From Podarcis tiliguerta (lineage: Eukaryota), in NCBI GenBank assembly GCA_965153285.1, contig OZ229116.1: a stretch of 64,000 nucleotides of DNA. One strand, written 5' to 3'. Positions 1 through 13,602 of the stretch are shown piece after piece. The notes below the pieces were generated by a model. The model was not told the origin of the DNA. It searched no databases and saw only the letters and a program-made list of their open reading frames with translations. Both the position numbers and the translations under genes were made by a program. Numbering within the stretch: position 1 is the first letter of the stretch; the number at the start of each line of letters is the position of its first letter.

Positions 1-1529
1 GCAAGTTGGACAGCTGTGCCTCCAGTTCCTACAGCCAAGGGTTTGGTCGCCCTAAAGGCTGCAGTTTGGTTCAAGTTAAGGTTTGCTGCCACACCAATAA
101 TGTTTCTCTCTGCAGGGGTTTTATGAGTCTGAATTTTAAATAAAGTGACCCTAATTCAACCCAGCCCCTGAATCTGCCCCCCCCTCTTTTTTTGGCTATC
201 TGGTTGAATAAAGTTGCAGCTCAAATTTCATCTCAATTGCTGTCCTGGGTCTTCATCCCAGGGGTATAGAAGCAATGTAGATATTCAGGAATTAAAAAAG
301 AAAACAAAAACCAACTGACTCTGTCTAAATTGCAAGTACTGTACTAAGCTAGTGCATAGACTCTAGCACAGAAACAAATATAGAATAAGCTGCAATGAGT
401 TTGAGACTGATTTTATTGTCATAATCTGTATTAAAGAATCCTAGAAAATCTTCTTTTGGAAAGCATTGTTAGACAGTGCTTTAGAAAACACAATTCACAG
501 TGTGAATGGGCCTTTTATTTTTTTTTAAAAGTTATTCTTTACTGAATAATTATATTACAATATGGGGGAGGAATCAATGTAATATGGAAAGTGGCTCTAA
601 TTAATTAAATAATCCAGATGATTATTTCTAAATGTGACAAAGAGTTTAAATGGCAACATCAAGTCAACCTAAATAGGAGGAATGGCATCTAGTTCCAAGC
701 TACTCAGTCTGATAAAATGCTCACTAACATGAAATCAGCTGTCTATAAACAACTTAAAGTATATTTGGCAGAGGTTAAGCGAAATATATTAATAAGAGTG
801 CTTGCCAAAGGGAAATCGTGAATGTAGATGTAACTGTAGAACTGGAGCCAGTGTGTTTAATGTAATTATGCTCTGAATCTATACTAATATACTGTATTGC
901 CCCAAAAGTTTACAGCCATCAGCTTTCATTCTTTTTTAAGCCAGGAAAAACAACAATGTGAAAAAGATTGTGATCTGAGGGCAAATGCCACTAGCCTGTT
1001 AAGCAGTTAAGCAAATCCTCAATATTTACTTTCCCTTTCATTGATACCATTTTCCGACTCACTCATTCCATGATCACATAGCTGTGGGGAAAGGGGGGTA
1101 AATAATGAAAGTACTTTCATTCTCAGAAAACAGAGTAATGAATTTAAAAACCAACTCTGCCTCTAACAGTACAAACAAAATGATATTTTGCTTTAGAGTT
1201 AGTCTGTGGTTTAGCCACAGACCATACATATTACAGATGTCAAACCTTATAATTACCTGGTTTGGGCAATAAATGTCTAAATGTGTAATGCTTGCAGGTG
1301 TGGTGAATCACATGTATTATTCCCTAGATATAAAAGCAGCTCTTCTGTGCAGCTGCCTTTTCAAATGCAGTGAGTAATCAAACAAGTAATCACAGAAACC
1401 TTTGCAGATCTCAGTAGTAGCAGAGAAACATGATGTGCTCATGGTCAAATGCCTGGTCTTGGTTGGAAATAAGAAAGGATGACTGTTTACCAAAACAAAG
1501 AAGGAGGCTTATGCCATTCTCCTGATATA

Positions 1530-2035
1530 CCGTATTTTTCGCCCCATAGGACGCACCGGCCCATAGGACGCACCTAGTTTTTTTTTGGGGGGGGGAAATA
1601 AAGGAAAAAAATTATTTACCCCCCAGGTGCGGGGCTGAGGCGGGGGAAGCCCAAGCTTCCCCTAACCCCAGCCCCCAGAACAGCCTGCGATCCGCAAGCC
1701 ATGGGAGAGCTGCGCAAAGTCGCACAGCTCTCCCACGGCTAGCGTAGAGCTGCGCAAAGCCTGAAGCCTGGGGCGTGCTGAGCTCAGCGTGCCCCAAGCT
1801 TCTGGGTGCCGGCAAGCTCTCCGCTAGCCATGGGAGAGCTGCATGATTTCGCGCAGCTCTCCCATGGCTAGCAGATAGCTTCCTGAAGCCTGGAGAGCGA
1901 GAAGGGTCGGTGCACACTGACCCCCCTCACTCTCCAGGCTTCAGCGAAAGCCTGCATTTGCCCCATAGGCTGCACACACATTTCCCCTTCATTTTTGGAG
2001 GGGAAAATGTGCGTCCTATAGGGCGAAAAATACGG
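1530..2035. mobile_element. Non-autonomous Tc1/mariner-superfamily (Tc2/pogo-like) MITE
   Basis: TIR CCGTATTTTTCGCCC(C/T)ATAGGACGCAC at 1530 and its reverse complement ending at 2035. TA on both sides (1528-29, 2036-37). GC-rich interior with internal repeats and no transposase. Confidence 0.9.
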
Positions 2036-4370
2036 TATTTGCACTGGACCCCCCACCGGCATTGTAAAATGTGCAGGACGAAGAAGAGGAGCTCACCACT
2101 GAAGAGGACCGAGTCGTCACTGGTGATCAGGTGAGTGGAATTCTGCAACCGTACCCACATTGTAAACACCTTTCCTTTTAGAGAGAGGTGATCATGCAGT
2201 GGCAGACCTCGGGTTCTCAAATTTCAGCAGCATCCTGTGTGATGCTAAAAATTGGTGCCTGCCCCCCCCTCCGCCTCTCACACTCCATTCTACAGCATTG
2301 TTGCAGTGCCCCCTGCAGCAGTGCCCCCCTGCGACTGCACTGGCCGTGCTACCCTAAAACCTGCCTTGTCCTTCCAAATGGTATTCTTGTTGAAGATAAA
2401 CTTGAAGGGAAGGGGGTATTTTGACAAATCTGACCTGCAGCTTTTTGTGGTGAATAATGAGATAAGGCACATGATTTGGGATAACATTGAGGCACCATTT
2501 TATTAGTTATTTAATGAGTTCTGAAACAACCACATTTCCTAGCTAATGGAACCCTGAGACCTACCCTGTTAAGGAATAATAGTTAGCAAATGAGCAATTA
2601 ATGCTGTCCATGTTTCACCCTTGCCTTCTTCCCTTGTGTTGAAGAAGGCAAATCATCACTGCCAAAGTCAGCAATATCTGGGCATGTGAGTCAGCCAAGC
2701 ACCAAAAATATTATTGTCCTCTTCTAGTTACTCCAAGAGATGGGTCTGAGGACACCCCTCCCTCTATTCAGTTTGATGCCTCAGGGCGCTCATCATAGTA
2801 GTTATGCTATTTCCCACCTGCATTGTCCTCAGCAATTGTGACCAAATCAGCCTCCTTTAGGCCAGGCAGTCTGGTGCAGTTCTCTTGACAAGGTTTGTCC
2901 TTCAGCCTTGATTTGCTCTCTAGGCCTGACTTCTGGCTTTGTCCCTCAAATGCTGATCTCCTGGGGCAACTCCAAGCTCCTGGCTCATTTCAGACTACTG
3001 CCTATATGGGGCAGCCCTGTCACTAGCGCAGAATCAGAAATGACACACAGCCGTGTAAGATGAATGGAAAGAACAAAAATCATACTGAGGAGGGTCAAAA
3101 AGTGATTTATAAAAGACTTCACATTTAAAGAGCTCGGAAAGGTTGGAAGGAAATTGGGAGGCAGGTAGACAAAGAAGGTAAGGTAAGTGAAAGCTTTTTC
3201 TGACAAGAGGAGAAACAATGGGTTGTTTAAAATCAGAAATGTGCTGGCACCAGCACTCAAATGAGAGCACAATGGAAGGCGAACGATAAGAGGACAAAAT
3301 GTGGGAAGAAATAGTCAGTTTAGGCAAATGGAATGATTAGAAGAAGAATAAGAAAAGACAAGAGCAGCAAACCGAATCAGTTGTATCCATTAAATGAAAA
3401 GCAAAAACAAGGACAGACACCTATTGATAACATTGTCACAACCTGGAATTGTAGTTTTTGGAACAAACCATGGTGGGCAGCAGATGGAAATTCAACCACC
3501 ACCAAACCAAAAACACCTTTGACGACTTCCGGGTTGGCGCTTCTGGTAATGGCGGATTTCCTCCGTTTCGGAGGAATCCGCTCCTTGGAAATCAGGGTCT
3601 GACCGCCACGGCGAGGCGGAGACCCGCTAGAAACCACGAGCGGAAGAAGCTCGTGGACTTGGGATTCGGCAGGTACCTTTTGCACCTCCCCTACTCACGG
3701 GGAGACCCGGTTTCGGGGTGAGCAGCGCAGTACATCGAATCAACCGCTTCTTTCAAGGAGTGAAGCCGCATTGCTGTTGCCAGAAAGCGCCGACTTTTCC
3801 TGTGGACATTAAACATCTAAATTTGGCATTTGAACGTGAAGGTCTAAACAGGAAGTCCGCCTTCCGTTTTGTAAACAGATCAAAGCAAAGACGTCGCAAG
3901 CTAAAGCCTGGGAAAAGTACTCTGTAAAGTATTAAATTTTCACTATTTAAGATATCGAATACCCCCTTGGAAGCAGGAGAAGAGGGGGGAATTTTTTGTG
4001 GACGGTTTAAACCTGCAGGAGAGTGAGGGAGACGAGATAATTTACCACTGTTTCGAGCCTGGGATCAGGCTGTCAAAAAGTTCTATGATCTGAGAAAATT
4101 AATAACTGGGAATGGAATACATCCTGATGGACAGTTGAATAAGAGATATATATTCTTTTCATTGTTCTTGTGGCACTTAAAAAGGAGAAAAGCTGAACAG
4201 TAACTTTGATACTGGATTTTGATTTGGAATAACAAGGATAGATACAAATAGAAACTGCTGCCTATAGAGGGAGCTTCTAAAACTGTTGTAATTTGTAACT
4301 GCGAAGTGGAATTTTCCGCTAAGAACCAAGGGCTGTGAAATAAGTGGCCTTGGGAAGTCTCTGGATAAGA

Positions 4371-4997
4371 ATGGAAAAACAAGAAGCTCTAGTGAATGCA
4401 TTTGATAAAATAAATGCTCTGTTGGAACAATTACATGAAAAGGCGGACTTGACAGTAAAGAAAATGGACACTTTGGGACAAAGTGTATCTGATTTGGAAC
4501 AAAAAGTAGACATTTTTACAGGAACCACTCGGGATGTGACCCAGGAACCAATTTTGAAACAGCAAGTTCTGGAGAAGAAGATGGAACAAACTGTTTCTGC
4601 ACCCCAAGAAATTCAAGTGGAGGCCCTGGCCCCACAGAAACAAATTGATGGACATAAGTTGAATTCTGAGGTAATGGAGTTGGAGAGTCAGAATCGGAGA
4701 GATGGTTTCCCGCTTGGACTGAAGAAGGGAAGATGGGCAGATTTTCCGATGGAGGGAGGCACAGAGGGAGAGACTGGAAAAGTGGAGCTCTTCAGTCTCA
4801 AAGGGCCTGTGGAGTATGCCCTGGAACATCTTTTGGATTACAACTTTGAATATGGAGTATGGGTAAATTTGCTGAGATGGGATCAAGGAGCTGCTAAGAA
4901 GGAAGCCCTTTGGGACTTAATTTTTGGCACTAAAAGAAACTTGCAGACAGGACAGGGAGAAGAGTTAAGAGCCTCGGATAGAAGAGCACCAGGTTGA
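4371..4997 (+). CDS. L1 ORF1-like coiled-coil protein (208 aa from first ATG) of the non-autonomous element
   Basis: Uninterrupted ORF. Heptad-like N-terminus (LVNAFDKINALLEQLHEKADLTVKKMDTLGQSVSDLEQKVD) and LESQNRRD, resembling the L1 ORF1p 'LENRSRR' motif that ends the coiled coil. Confidence 0.65.
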   Translation: MEKQEALVNAFDKINALLEQLHEKADLTVKKMDTLGQSVSDLEQKVDIFTGTTRDVTQEPILKQQVLEKKMEQTVSAPQEIQVEALAPQKQIDGHKLNSEVMELESQNRRDGFPLGLKKGRWADFPMEGGTEGETGKVELFSLKGPVEYALEHLLDYNFEYGVWVNLLRWDQGAAKKEALWDLIFGTKRNLQTGQGEELRASDRRAPG

Positions 4998-5098
4998 TGA
5001 ACTATACGGAACTGATAGAAAAGACTGACAAAATCTGAGACCAGGGAGAAGAGACGGTGGAAGAAGATTGGAATTTTTTAAAATATTATTTAGTGTAA
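4991..5098 (+). pseudogene. Remnant of L1 ORF2 extreme C-terminus
   Basis: Translates RLMNYTELIEKTDKI*DQGEETVEEDWNFLKYYLV*, resembling the recalled squamate L1 ORF2 end (KLMDY.ELA..T..IR......EEDW..F..YL). Confidence 0.6.
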
Positions 5099-8000
5099 TA
5101 TAGTATAATTAAGGAATGTTGGGAGATGGTGGAATGAACTTATATGACTTTAGTAGAAATATGATAAGGATTTTAAGTTTTTAGGATTTAAGGACTTAAG
5201 ATTTAAGGGTTTCTTTAGATTGAAGTATAGATAAATATTAAGATTTTGATGGGAAGATAAGGTTAAAATAGATTAAGATAATTAAACGATAGTAAGCAGT
5301 GAAAGATGGAAAGGATTTGCTGACTTAATTATTAACTGGAATACAAAAAAGGGAGGTGGGAGGAGGTCGAGGAAATAAGTCATTGAAGGATAGAGATGTG
5401 AAAAATGGATGTGTTTTTAAATGTTTTTGTTTTTTCTCTAGTTGGGTGGAGGTATTGTCTTCTTTTTTGCTTTTTTGAAGTATTTCTTATTTTTTTTTTA
5501 TTTTTTATATATATACTGTGTTTTTTGTTTTTTCTCTTTTTCTTCTGTAATTATAAAACTTTTAATAAATATCATTAAAAAAAAACACCTTTGACTGACG
5601 CTGAGTTTTTAGATTATAATTCAGAAGAATGACTACATAGAATGTTTCTTGGAAACTGTTGAGAGAAATGACTCATAGAAGATCCCCAAGATAAACACTG
5701 CTTGCTTAGGTGGTTGAGTTACATAGTTCACAGCAATCGATGGGAGTTTTATTAAGAGTAAGGAGGCTATGTATTCGTCTTCCTACTATGCCACAGGACA
5801 CAATTATACATGCTACACAAAAACCTACCCATTATGAAGTTCTAGGCCTGGATTGGTACCAATAAAAATATATGAGGACTAGAGCACATCTGGGGTGCAT
5901 TTTTCTGATGTGGAATGGCCATGCTTTTTGAAGACCACTAGTGCAGGATTCACTGAATTGGCTCTATCAGTAGAAAACCATGCACAAGGACTTCTTCTTA
6001 CGTAGCAGGGGTTTCCCCCTTCTGCCTTCCTCCACATGTCCTCTGAAAAAAGCTCATGGGGGTCAGGAGAACCCCCAGAACAGTGTGTAGAGGGAGGATA
6101 GAGTGATTGATCCATCTAGTGAGCTGAAATGCTTGCACAGAGGGTACCACTGTAATAGCGCAATGTTGAATTCCTCCAAGACTTTTTAACCACTAAAGCT
6201 ATATAAAAACCTCTCACTTTGTGGTATGTATGTATGCATGTGGGTGCTTGCATCTTTTTCTTCTATAAAGATAAAAACAAGACTTCGCAGAATAGGTTTC
6301 CGCTTGCTGTCATAGATGCCCTTACATATATGGCAATTAAATGCTTGGAAAGGACTGCCATACCTATATTTCAGCACCTCCTGTGCATGAATATGAAATC
6401 AACCTCAACGTAACCCATCCTCCATTTAAGGCTGAGTTCCATAGAAAGATCTGTCAATATATAGCACACAAGACCAAGGGATGTGGGGCCGAATTTCCTT
6501 CCCCCACCTTTTTAATGCCCGTAGTTGTCAACCAGATCACTCAGATGTGCTGCATGCTAACCAAAATTGTTGCTAAGCTCCCTGACATCTCTTTTTACTC
6601 ATTCCACCTGCCAAGATGGAACGCACAGGTCTCGGGGGAAGAAACAGTGTCAGCCATTTATTATACTACAGAGATTTTGTTGAACTGAATACTAAACTGC
6701 ACAGCAGACGGATATTGTTTAAATAGTATCTTTGATGGGGATTTTAAGTGAGAAGAAATACTACAGGGGTTCTCTCATTACTTACAAAAACATCCCCTGC
6801 ATCTCTGATTACTGAAGTGGCAGCCTCCAAAGATGTCTCCAGGCATTGCCGTGAGGTACTTGAAAGCTTAATGGTCTAAACCCCCTATAAAACAGATACT
6901 GACTCAATGAGGTAAATAAACCTTCCTATCAAGCAATGTTTTCTTTTCTCTGTATCAAACACACACCAAGGATGCACCCTTTTAGTTCCCAATAACTGTT
7001 TTTGCCACTCTCAAATATTCCCCCCTTTCTGCTTGTAATTGTAATTGCTTTGAAGATGTAGAGATACCATGTAAAAATATTTATTTTTTCTAAATGGCAC
7101 ATTTATCTTTAGGTTAATTGCAACTTTTTTTTTTTTACTTTTTGTATCCTGTTTATTTGATTCAAGCAACAAAAGTTTTTTCAGATCTTGATTTTGGAAA
7201 TATTTCCTTGAGTATATCCCGTATCTCTGGAACTGTTTCCCAAAACACCATCATGATGTCACTTTTCTTCTTTCCTTCAGATCCCTTCTCAAAAAAATCA
7301 CATTTTTGTATAGACTTCAGTACAACCCCATAGTTCCCATAACCTACCTTAACTAAGCCAAAGTATAATGATGTTTGCACGTTACATTCATTGAGTATAC
7401 AAGCTGTGTAGCTGTGTACACAATTAGTAGAGCTGAACACTTGTACAGTATAGTTATAGAATGTAACATCAGTAAGAATATTTATTAGTTCCTTTACCTA
7501 TAGAAATGAGTTGAAGTGACTCACAAGCATTCAGTACTTAAACCACTTCACAAAAGGAATATTGATCGGGGTGGGGAAAGACTCACACCTTCTATTCAAC
7601 ATGGTATCCTTTTATTGACTTTGATAAGACAATTGAACAGGGTTTTCACTCTCCATTGACTAATGTAACCTTATATAAAGGCACTTTCATTTGATTGCCT
7701 TTCTTGGAGAGTCTAAAATGACAACCATCAGCTACTATTTTAACATTTTTAAAAAATATATTATAAAGGCTGTGTATGCAATAGTGTATAAATCACAATA
7801 CAAATCAACAAGTATACACTCTCACACAAACACTTGTACATATGTAGAGACAGCTTGTATTTGTGTTCAATGTAGCATGTGAACAAGCCTTATATGTTTC
7901 CAAAATGAAAATACATTCTTCCCCTCTTTACTTTGTCTCCATTTCCCTCCACTGTGCTGAATTATAGAGACTTGGCCTTTTCTTTTTTATAGCTCATGCT

Positions 8001-8287
8001 AATAATGTACAGGGATTCTGCCTGTTGAATCTGGACAACTAGTTGTAACCTTTTAGCTCATAGTAGTTTCTAGAATGGCTCTCCCTTCATTTTTACAGGA
8101 TAACCTTCATGTCTCCGATGCTAATCCTACTTAGCTGGGAGCAAGCCCGTTGAATTCCAGTGTAAACATGGTTAGGATTGTACACAATTAACACAATGGT
8201 AATAACAAAACATGGAGGAAGTCAAGGGGGTAGTTACCCTTAGAGTTACTGCTTAGGTTGATAAGAATAGTGATTCATCAATGGAAG

Positions 8288-8337
8288 CTATTAATCCAAG
8301 CTATGGATTAACTAAACTATTAATCCAAGCTATGGAG
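8288..8337. repeat. Short direct duplication CTATTAATCCAAGCTATGGA x2
   Basis: Two identical 20-mers separated by a short spacer. Confidence 0.85.
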
Positions 8338-10297
8338 GAACTATGTAAATTTTTTTAAAAGAATCTCTAGTAGTTCTCTGATGCCAATTTAAAGTCAAAC
8401 TTATACAAGGTCAAAGGAGTCAAAGACAATTCTGCTTAACTTATATTTATGCTTCCTGCAGACCAAGTTGAGCTTTCCAAAGGAAATAAATCAATAAAAA
8501 TGGACATAACACAGATAAGATACATGGTTAGATGCAGCTTAATAGAACTGGGATCACTAGGAATTTAAAAATGAACACATTTGTCAATGCCTAGCAAACT
8601 TTCTCTGTGTCCCTGAACAGCTTCTTCCTACCTTTACTCAAATGAGACAAGCTGTAAGTGAATGGAAATCGACTCATCCACTCTTTGCAAGTTCTCATCC
8701 ACAACCTTCAGTTAGCTGTGGTACCCAAGATGATAAACCTCCCCATCACTCCGATAAACATTTTCAAGAATATATCAGCCACTTCAGAATCCATCAATCT
8801 TTAAGAATTAAATATTAGTTCCTTTTCAACCCTGGCAACTCCCAATAATTTCAGTCCTAGTGTCAAGCTTGCAAATGGCATCTGGGAGCAGCTGAGGGTG
8901 CGTCTATGTCATTTGCAAGGGAGCAAAAAGTAAACTTGCAAAGCTTGTTTGTTTATTTGAATGCTTCTCTCCTTGCTTGCAAAATTTGTCATGTTAGAAC
9001 TCTGTGTGAAGTGTAAGGTAATTTCCACAACATATGTAATGAAGTTCAGACTAACTAAACATAGACCCGTTTAGGAGTTTATTTTTGACAGAATAAAATG
9101 GTTGCCCCCCCCCCCTCAGTAAAATAGCCTGATGTTTCCTACGTGAATTTAAAATTATTTCAGGACTGTATAGTCTTTTCTTCCATTTCAAGTCCCAACT
9201 GCTTATTGATGATGAAGAAGGAGAAGATGAATGATAGCAATACAGAACCAGTTATTTACAGTGGACCATAACTCATATTGGCCTTTCAAAAAGCAAGCAG
9301 AAGGTCCTGAAACTGTACTTGGCAATTTTTGTAGAATCGTGAAAAGTATCCCACTTGAATTGGACAGGGAAAGAACACATCCAAGGCAAGAGAACATGGA
9401 AATGGAAGGGGAAACTTCTCGTTCCTAGTAAGTGTGTTCATTTTTGTACAGTCCAGGATGGTGCAGAGAGCTGCACCTTTTAGGAGAAATGTTTAGGATG
9501 CTGAGTTATCAAAGAGCTAATCCTTTATGCTTCCCATGGCTGGGATGCACACCAAGAAGTTCGGGCCAGGTCAGAAATTTATGTGAACTTCATTGACTTG
9601 GTTTCATTAAAGGATTTCTCTGTCTCACTTCCTAGAGCCCTGGGAAGGCACTTTCTACACAACTTCCACCTTAGTCTTCCACCTGTGCTCAGTATTTAAT
9701 GTCACCAGATCAATCATCCATACAGTAATACTCTTTGAAAGACCTGTATCTGGTTAGCATATTCACCTCCCAAAGATCAGCAAAACTCTTCCATGTGACC
9801 TCCCTGGAGGGAACCTCATTTTCCCTGAGCAGATATATCTCATTATCTGCCATTTACAAGTCCTGTTCATTCTCTGGATTAATTGAGCAACTACTCAGTC
9901 AGTTTAATTGGCCTTCTGAGATTCACATGCCCCCACTTTTAACTTAATAGTGAAACATTCAACATGTTAGCACTTTACATTTACATGGAACTAAGGAAAT
10001 ATTTGGTTTCTGGGAAGTTATGTAAGCTTCCTATGCCAACAGCAAAATATTAAGTTCAGTTCGCCATTTACACAGTTCAAATGTTGTGTCATATGATTCA
10101 GTCTCGGTCCAATTTACAAGACCCTTTGGTGTTGGTTCCATAGACACACCAGATTATAGCTTAGCATGACATCACAAGCCTCATGAAATCATGTCAAGCC
10201 AATTCTCAACACATGTGACTTGCCTATCTCTGCTGAATATGATTGTGCACAGTGCAGGGAAATCTCTCAAAAGTTTTCCATTGCAAATATGTCATTT

Positions 10298-10490
10298 AGG
10301 GCAAAGGTCAGCTCAGTGACTGAGAAACTGCTTTCCATGTAGAATGTCCAAGATTAAATTTGCAGCATTTCCAGGTACGGTGGGAATCTTCCCTGTCCGA
10401 AACCCTAGAGAGCCACTTCCTCTCAGTGTACTGAGCTAGATGGACTAATAATTTGACTGGGTACAAGGCAGCTTCCTATGTAGTTCCTAA
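10298..10490 (+). mobile_element. Old tRNA-derived squamate SINE
   Basis: tRNA-like head (AGCTCAGTG...) and 3' end GAGCTAGATGGAC...AAGGCAGCTTCCTATG. Related to copies at ~18110 (-), ~45008 and ~45212. Confidence 0.7.
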
Positions 10491-12700
10491 AAATGATGCA
10501 TATATCTTTTTAAGACCTGAGTGTCTGTGATTCTCCTTTCTGTCAAAAGCTTTTTGTCACCATGTTAAGCATCAAATATGGATTTGTGCTTTGCTTGTGG
10601 TACTTCTCTTGCATTTGTCACACATAATATACCTTTCCAAAGGAGCCTCATTTGTCTTGGAATCCATAGTTATTTTCAATTGAAATGGCATCCACCATGA
10701 TTGAGGAGTTGCTTTAGCATCACCAGGAAAAAAAATGTGTTCTCTATTGACTGAAGAAAGTCGCCTCTCTAATTACTGTACTCAGATCCATGGAATCTCT
10801 GCAACATAATTGTTGCAACAAAGAGTGACCAGAAGTGATGTGGAGGCTGGCAAAGCTGGCTCCAGGGCATGCTCCTATTCTAGGGTTCAGACTGTGGAGG
10901 GAAGAGATTAGGACAGTCTCACTCCAGACCAGCAAAGAAACTTTAGGGCCACTCTGTGAGGCAAAGTGAAGGAAGTGCCTCAGGTGGCAGGATTTACAGG
11001 GGCAACAATCTCCAAGGAATGTATCAGCCACTGCTGCAGCTGCGCACTCCTTGGGAGCAGGATCGGCAGCTGCCCCCACCCTGCATGCCACCTCTACAGC
11101 ACCCTCTTGACAAATAGGAGGCACTACTGGCCTCTTCCTACCCCTACGAAGGAAATGGCAGGGGCTGCCCTCTCAGACCTCCTGCGCTCTGCACCCAGCC
11201 AGCATGATTCAGGCCCCTTTCCCACCACCAGCCCTGACAGTCCTTGGATTCCCTCTTCAACCATCAAGTAAGGCTACTTTTGATTCCCCCCTTGTTCCCA
11301 ATGTACATCTTCCCTCACCCCTTCTTCCCTGGCCAGGAGGGAGCCATTTTGTGGTTCAACTCAGGTGCCAAAATGTCTGCTATTAAATAAACAAAAAGAT
11401 GTGGGAAAATCTAGTTGCTGATCTCTAATAGTATATGCACTTTGACTTTTAGTAAGTCCAGCTCTCTGAGTTAGGGCAGGTTGCCAGTAGCATCTGCTTC
11501 CACAAGAGTGCTTTTGTAAAGTATTACTGTGAAGGTGTGGATATAAACAAGGAACGCTTAAATGGGTTGGTCACAAGTCTTTTTCAGAGACACCCTCCAC
11601 TCCACCCCACCCCACCCCACCCCAACTAGGGTTCTCTATATATTTCCCACTTATGGGCTAAAACCAGAATAATGTCCATGGAGAACCAGTTTATCCTTCT
11701 TCTTTCCTGTGTGTGTGTGTGTGTATGCACGTCTACACACAGGAAACCTAAATAATTCCATACAGTTCCTGACAAGGATGAAAAATTAGCATAATTAATG
11801 CCTGATAGCAGCATCCATAAAACAATTCATAAATCAGAGCAACCTGAAGTCACTGTTCTGCAACTAGCTTAAGGGAAGTCTATTTTGGAAAGGAGGAAAA
11901 GGACCAGCACATGTTTCTTCAAGGGCGCTAGTTTCCGCCTGGGGTCTTCACATACTGAAATCTACTATAGGCTCCAGTTGATGCTCTGTATTTTCACTAA
12001 GCACACTGGAAAAGTTGTCATAAGTAAGGTGAGAAGTATATCGACGCATGTTTTCTGTCAACCTGTTCATGTGACTTTGTTCTAAATTGATTGAAAATGT
12101 TGGATTGAATGTTAGTGTTGTTAACATTTTGACATCTGTGTTGTAAACCACCCTGAGACCACAACTGATGGAGGGGGTGTCCTAGGGCAAGATATTATGG
12201 GAAGAGCAGCTTAGATTGCACTGGAACTCCAGCTCAGTCAGCTGATTCCTGGCTCAGCCAAGCTCAGTGGTTGTTCATCCCCCAACTCTGGCTCAGCCAA
12301 AGATACATTGGGGCAACTTGCTTTTCCCACCTCATCCAAAGCTGACTGAGCTGAGGTTGGCACAAGTCCCCCCAAAAAGGTGTTCCAGAGCAGGACCAGA
12401 GTGGGGGGAACTTAGGCCGGAGCCTAAGCACTAAGTGGTTTGTTTTTTCTATGCCAGGCAGCAGTAGAGCAACAGCAGCCCCACTGGTGAATGGGGGTCT
12501 GCATGTGGTATGACTTTACGCCAGCTTAATTTACACCAGTTTTTTGGGGCATTCTGATTGCTCCAAAAATGAAGTTTAGATGTCAAGTGAGTAAATGAAT
12601 AAAGACAACTGGGGTAGAATCTACACACATGTTAAAAACGTTGTGAAAATGCTTTTTTAAAAGATCGTTTGAAAAATGCATTGAATTTGCTATAGCTCAC

Positions 12701-12719
12701 TGACACCATCTAGTGCCAC
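12701..12719 (-). promoter_or_regulatory. Possible CTCF motif
   Basis: Minus strand GTGGCACTAGATGGTGTCA resembles the CTCF core (CCACYAGRKGGCRSYA). Motif match only. Confidence 0.3.
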
Positions 12720-13602
12720 CATTGTATATTGCACCTTACAACACATTCAAAACGTTTTATTTGCAGCTGCATAGCTGAGTCCTGGGGAGAAGGTAGGCTT
12801 TTGTAGGGTGACTATCAGTGCCTATATTCTAGCCACCTGCTATTTGCAGACATTAATTAAAATGCATATTTTCTCTGCTCCTCTTTGAAGAAGGGGTGCT
12901 TTGAGACTCCCCCGCCCCATTCAAGGTCCATGACAAGCATTCCACCAGCTCATTATTGATTCTGTTCTTTGTTTTACTATCAGACTTACAAATACAAATT
13001 CTTCTTTCAAGTGGTAAATAATTAAACTGCAAAGACATTACAATACTCTGAGGGCCAATTTGAGAGCAGAAACTATTATACTTAAAGAGGAAAGCTTGAA
13101 GTTACGGACAGCAGCTTGGGTTGCCTCTGTTTAGATTGCTACTATTATATTTCTTCTCAATACAAATACCCCTTAAGTGATGCTGATTATGTGGTAATGG
13201 GGAGCAGTAAATAACTATTTATCTGTCAAAGAAATAAATACAATGCTAAAACTTCCTTTCCTGCTCAGTTGAAATCTCTGGTTATTTCTGCATCTAAGAA
13301 AGAAACATGGTTAATTACTTGACCCAGGACAAAAGCAGGACATGTAGTCTCAATCAAAGAAGTGGTACTATTTTCGGTGTAGTTAAAGCAGTGCAGATCC
13401 CCAATAGGGATACCATAAACTCTCCCTAGAATTTTTAAATATGTTTTCTAAGTAGCATTCTAAAAGCCAGGCACATCTACTTGGAAGTAAGTCCTATGAA
13501 TTTCAGGAGCATTTATTACGACTGAGAATATTCTGGGTTGCAGTCTTAGAAGCATCTCTGCAGTAACACTTGTGAGACAGGTTCACCACCATTCCTATGG
13601 AG

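Larger units (their letters stand above)
3524..5580 (+). mobile_element. Full-length non-autonomous L1 derivative (HAL1-like or internally deleted L1)
   Basis: 15-bp TSD AAAAACACCTTTGAC at 3509-3523 and 5581-5595. CpG-rich 5' end GACTTCCGG...ATGGCGG, one long ORF, a remnant of the L1 ORF2 C-terminus at 4991-5098, T-rich 3'UTR, AATAAA and A-tail. Confidence 0.88.

Noticed and set aside
1612-2220. ORFs overlapping the MITE, and similar ORFs at 22291-22609, 28324-28786, 33259-33691, 34654-34924 and 52563-52760
   Set aside because: They arise from GC-rich or palindromic MITE and SINE sequence and have no protein motifs.
4995-4999. TGATG stop-start overlap at the end of the half-L1 ORF
   Set aside because: It derives from the Leu-Met codons of the ORF2 remnant, and the downstream frame stops after 13 codons, so it is probably coincidental.
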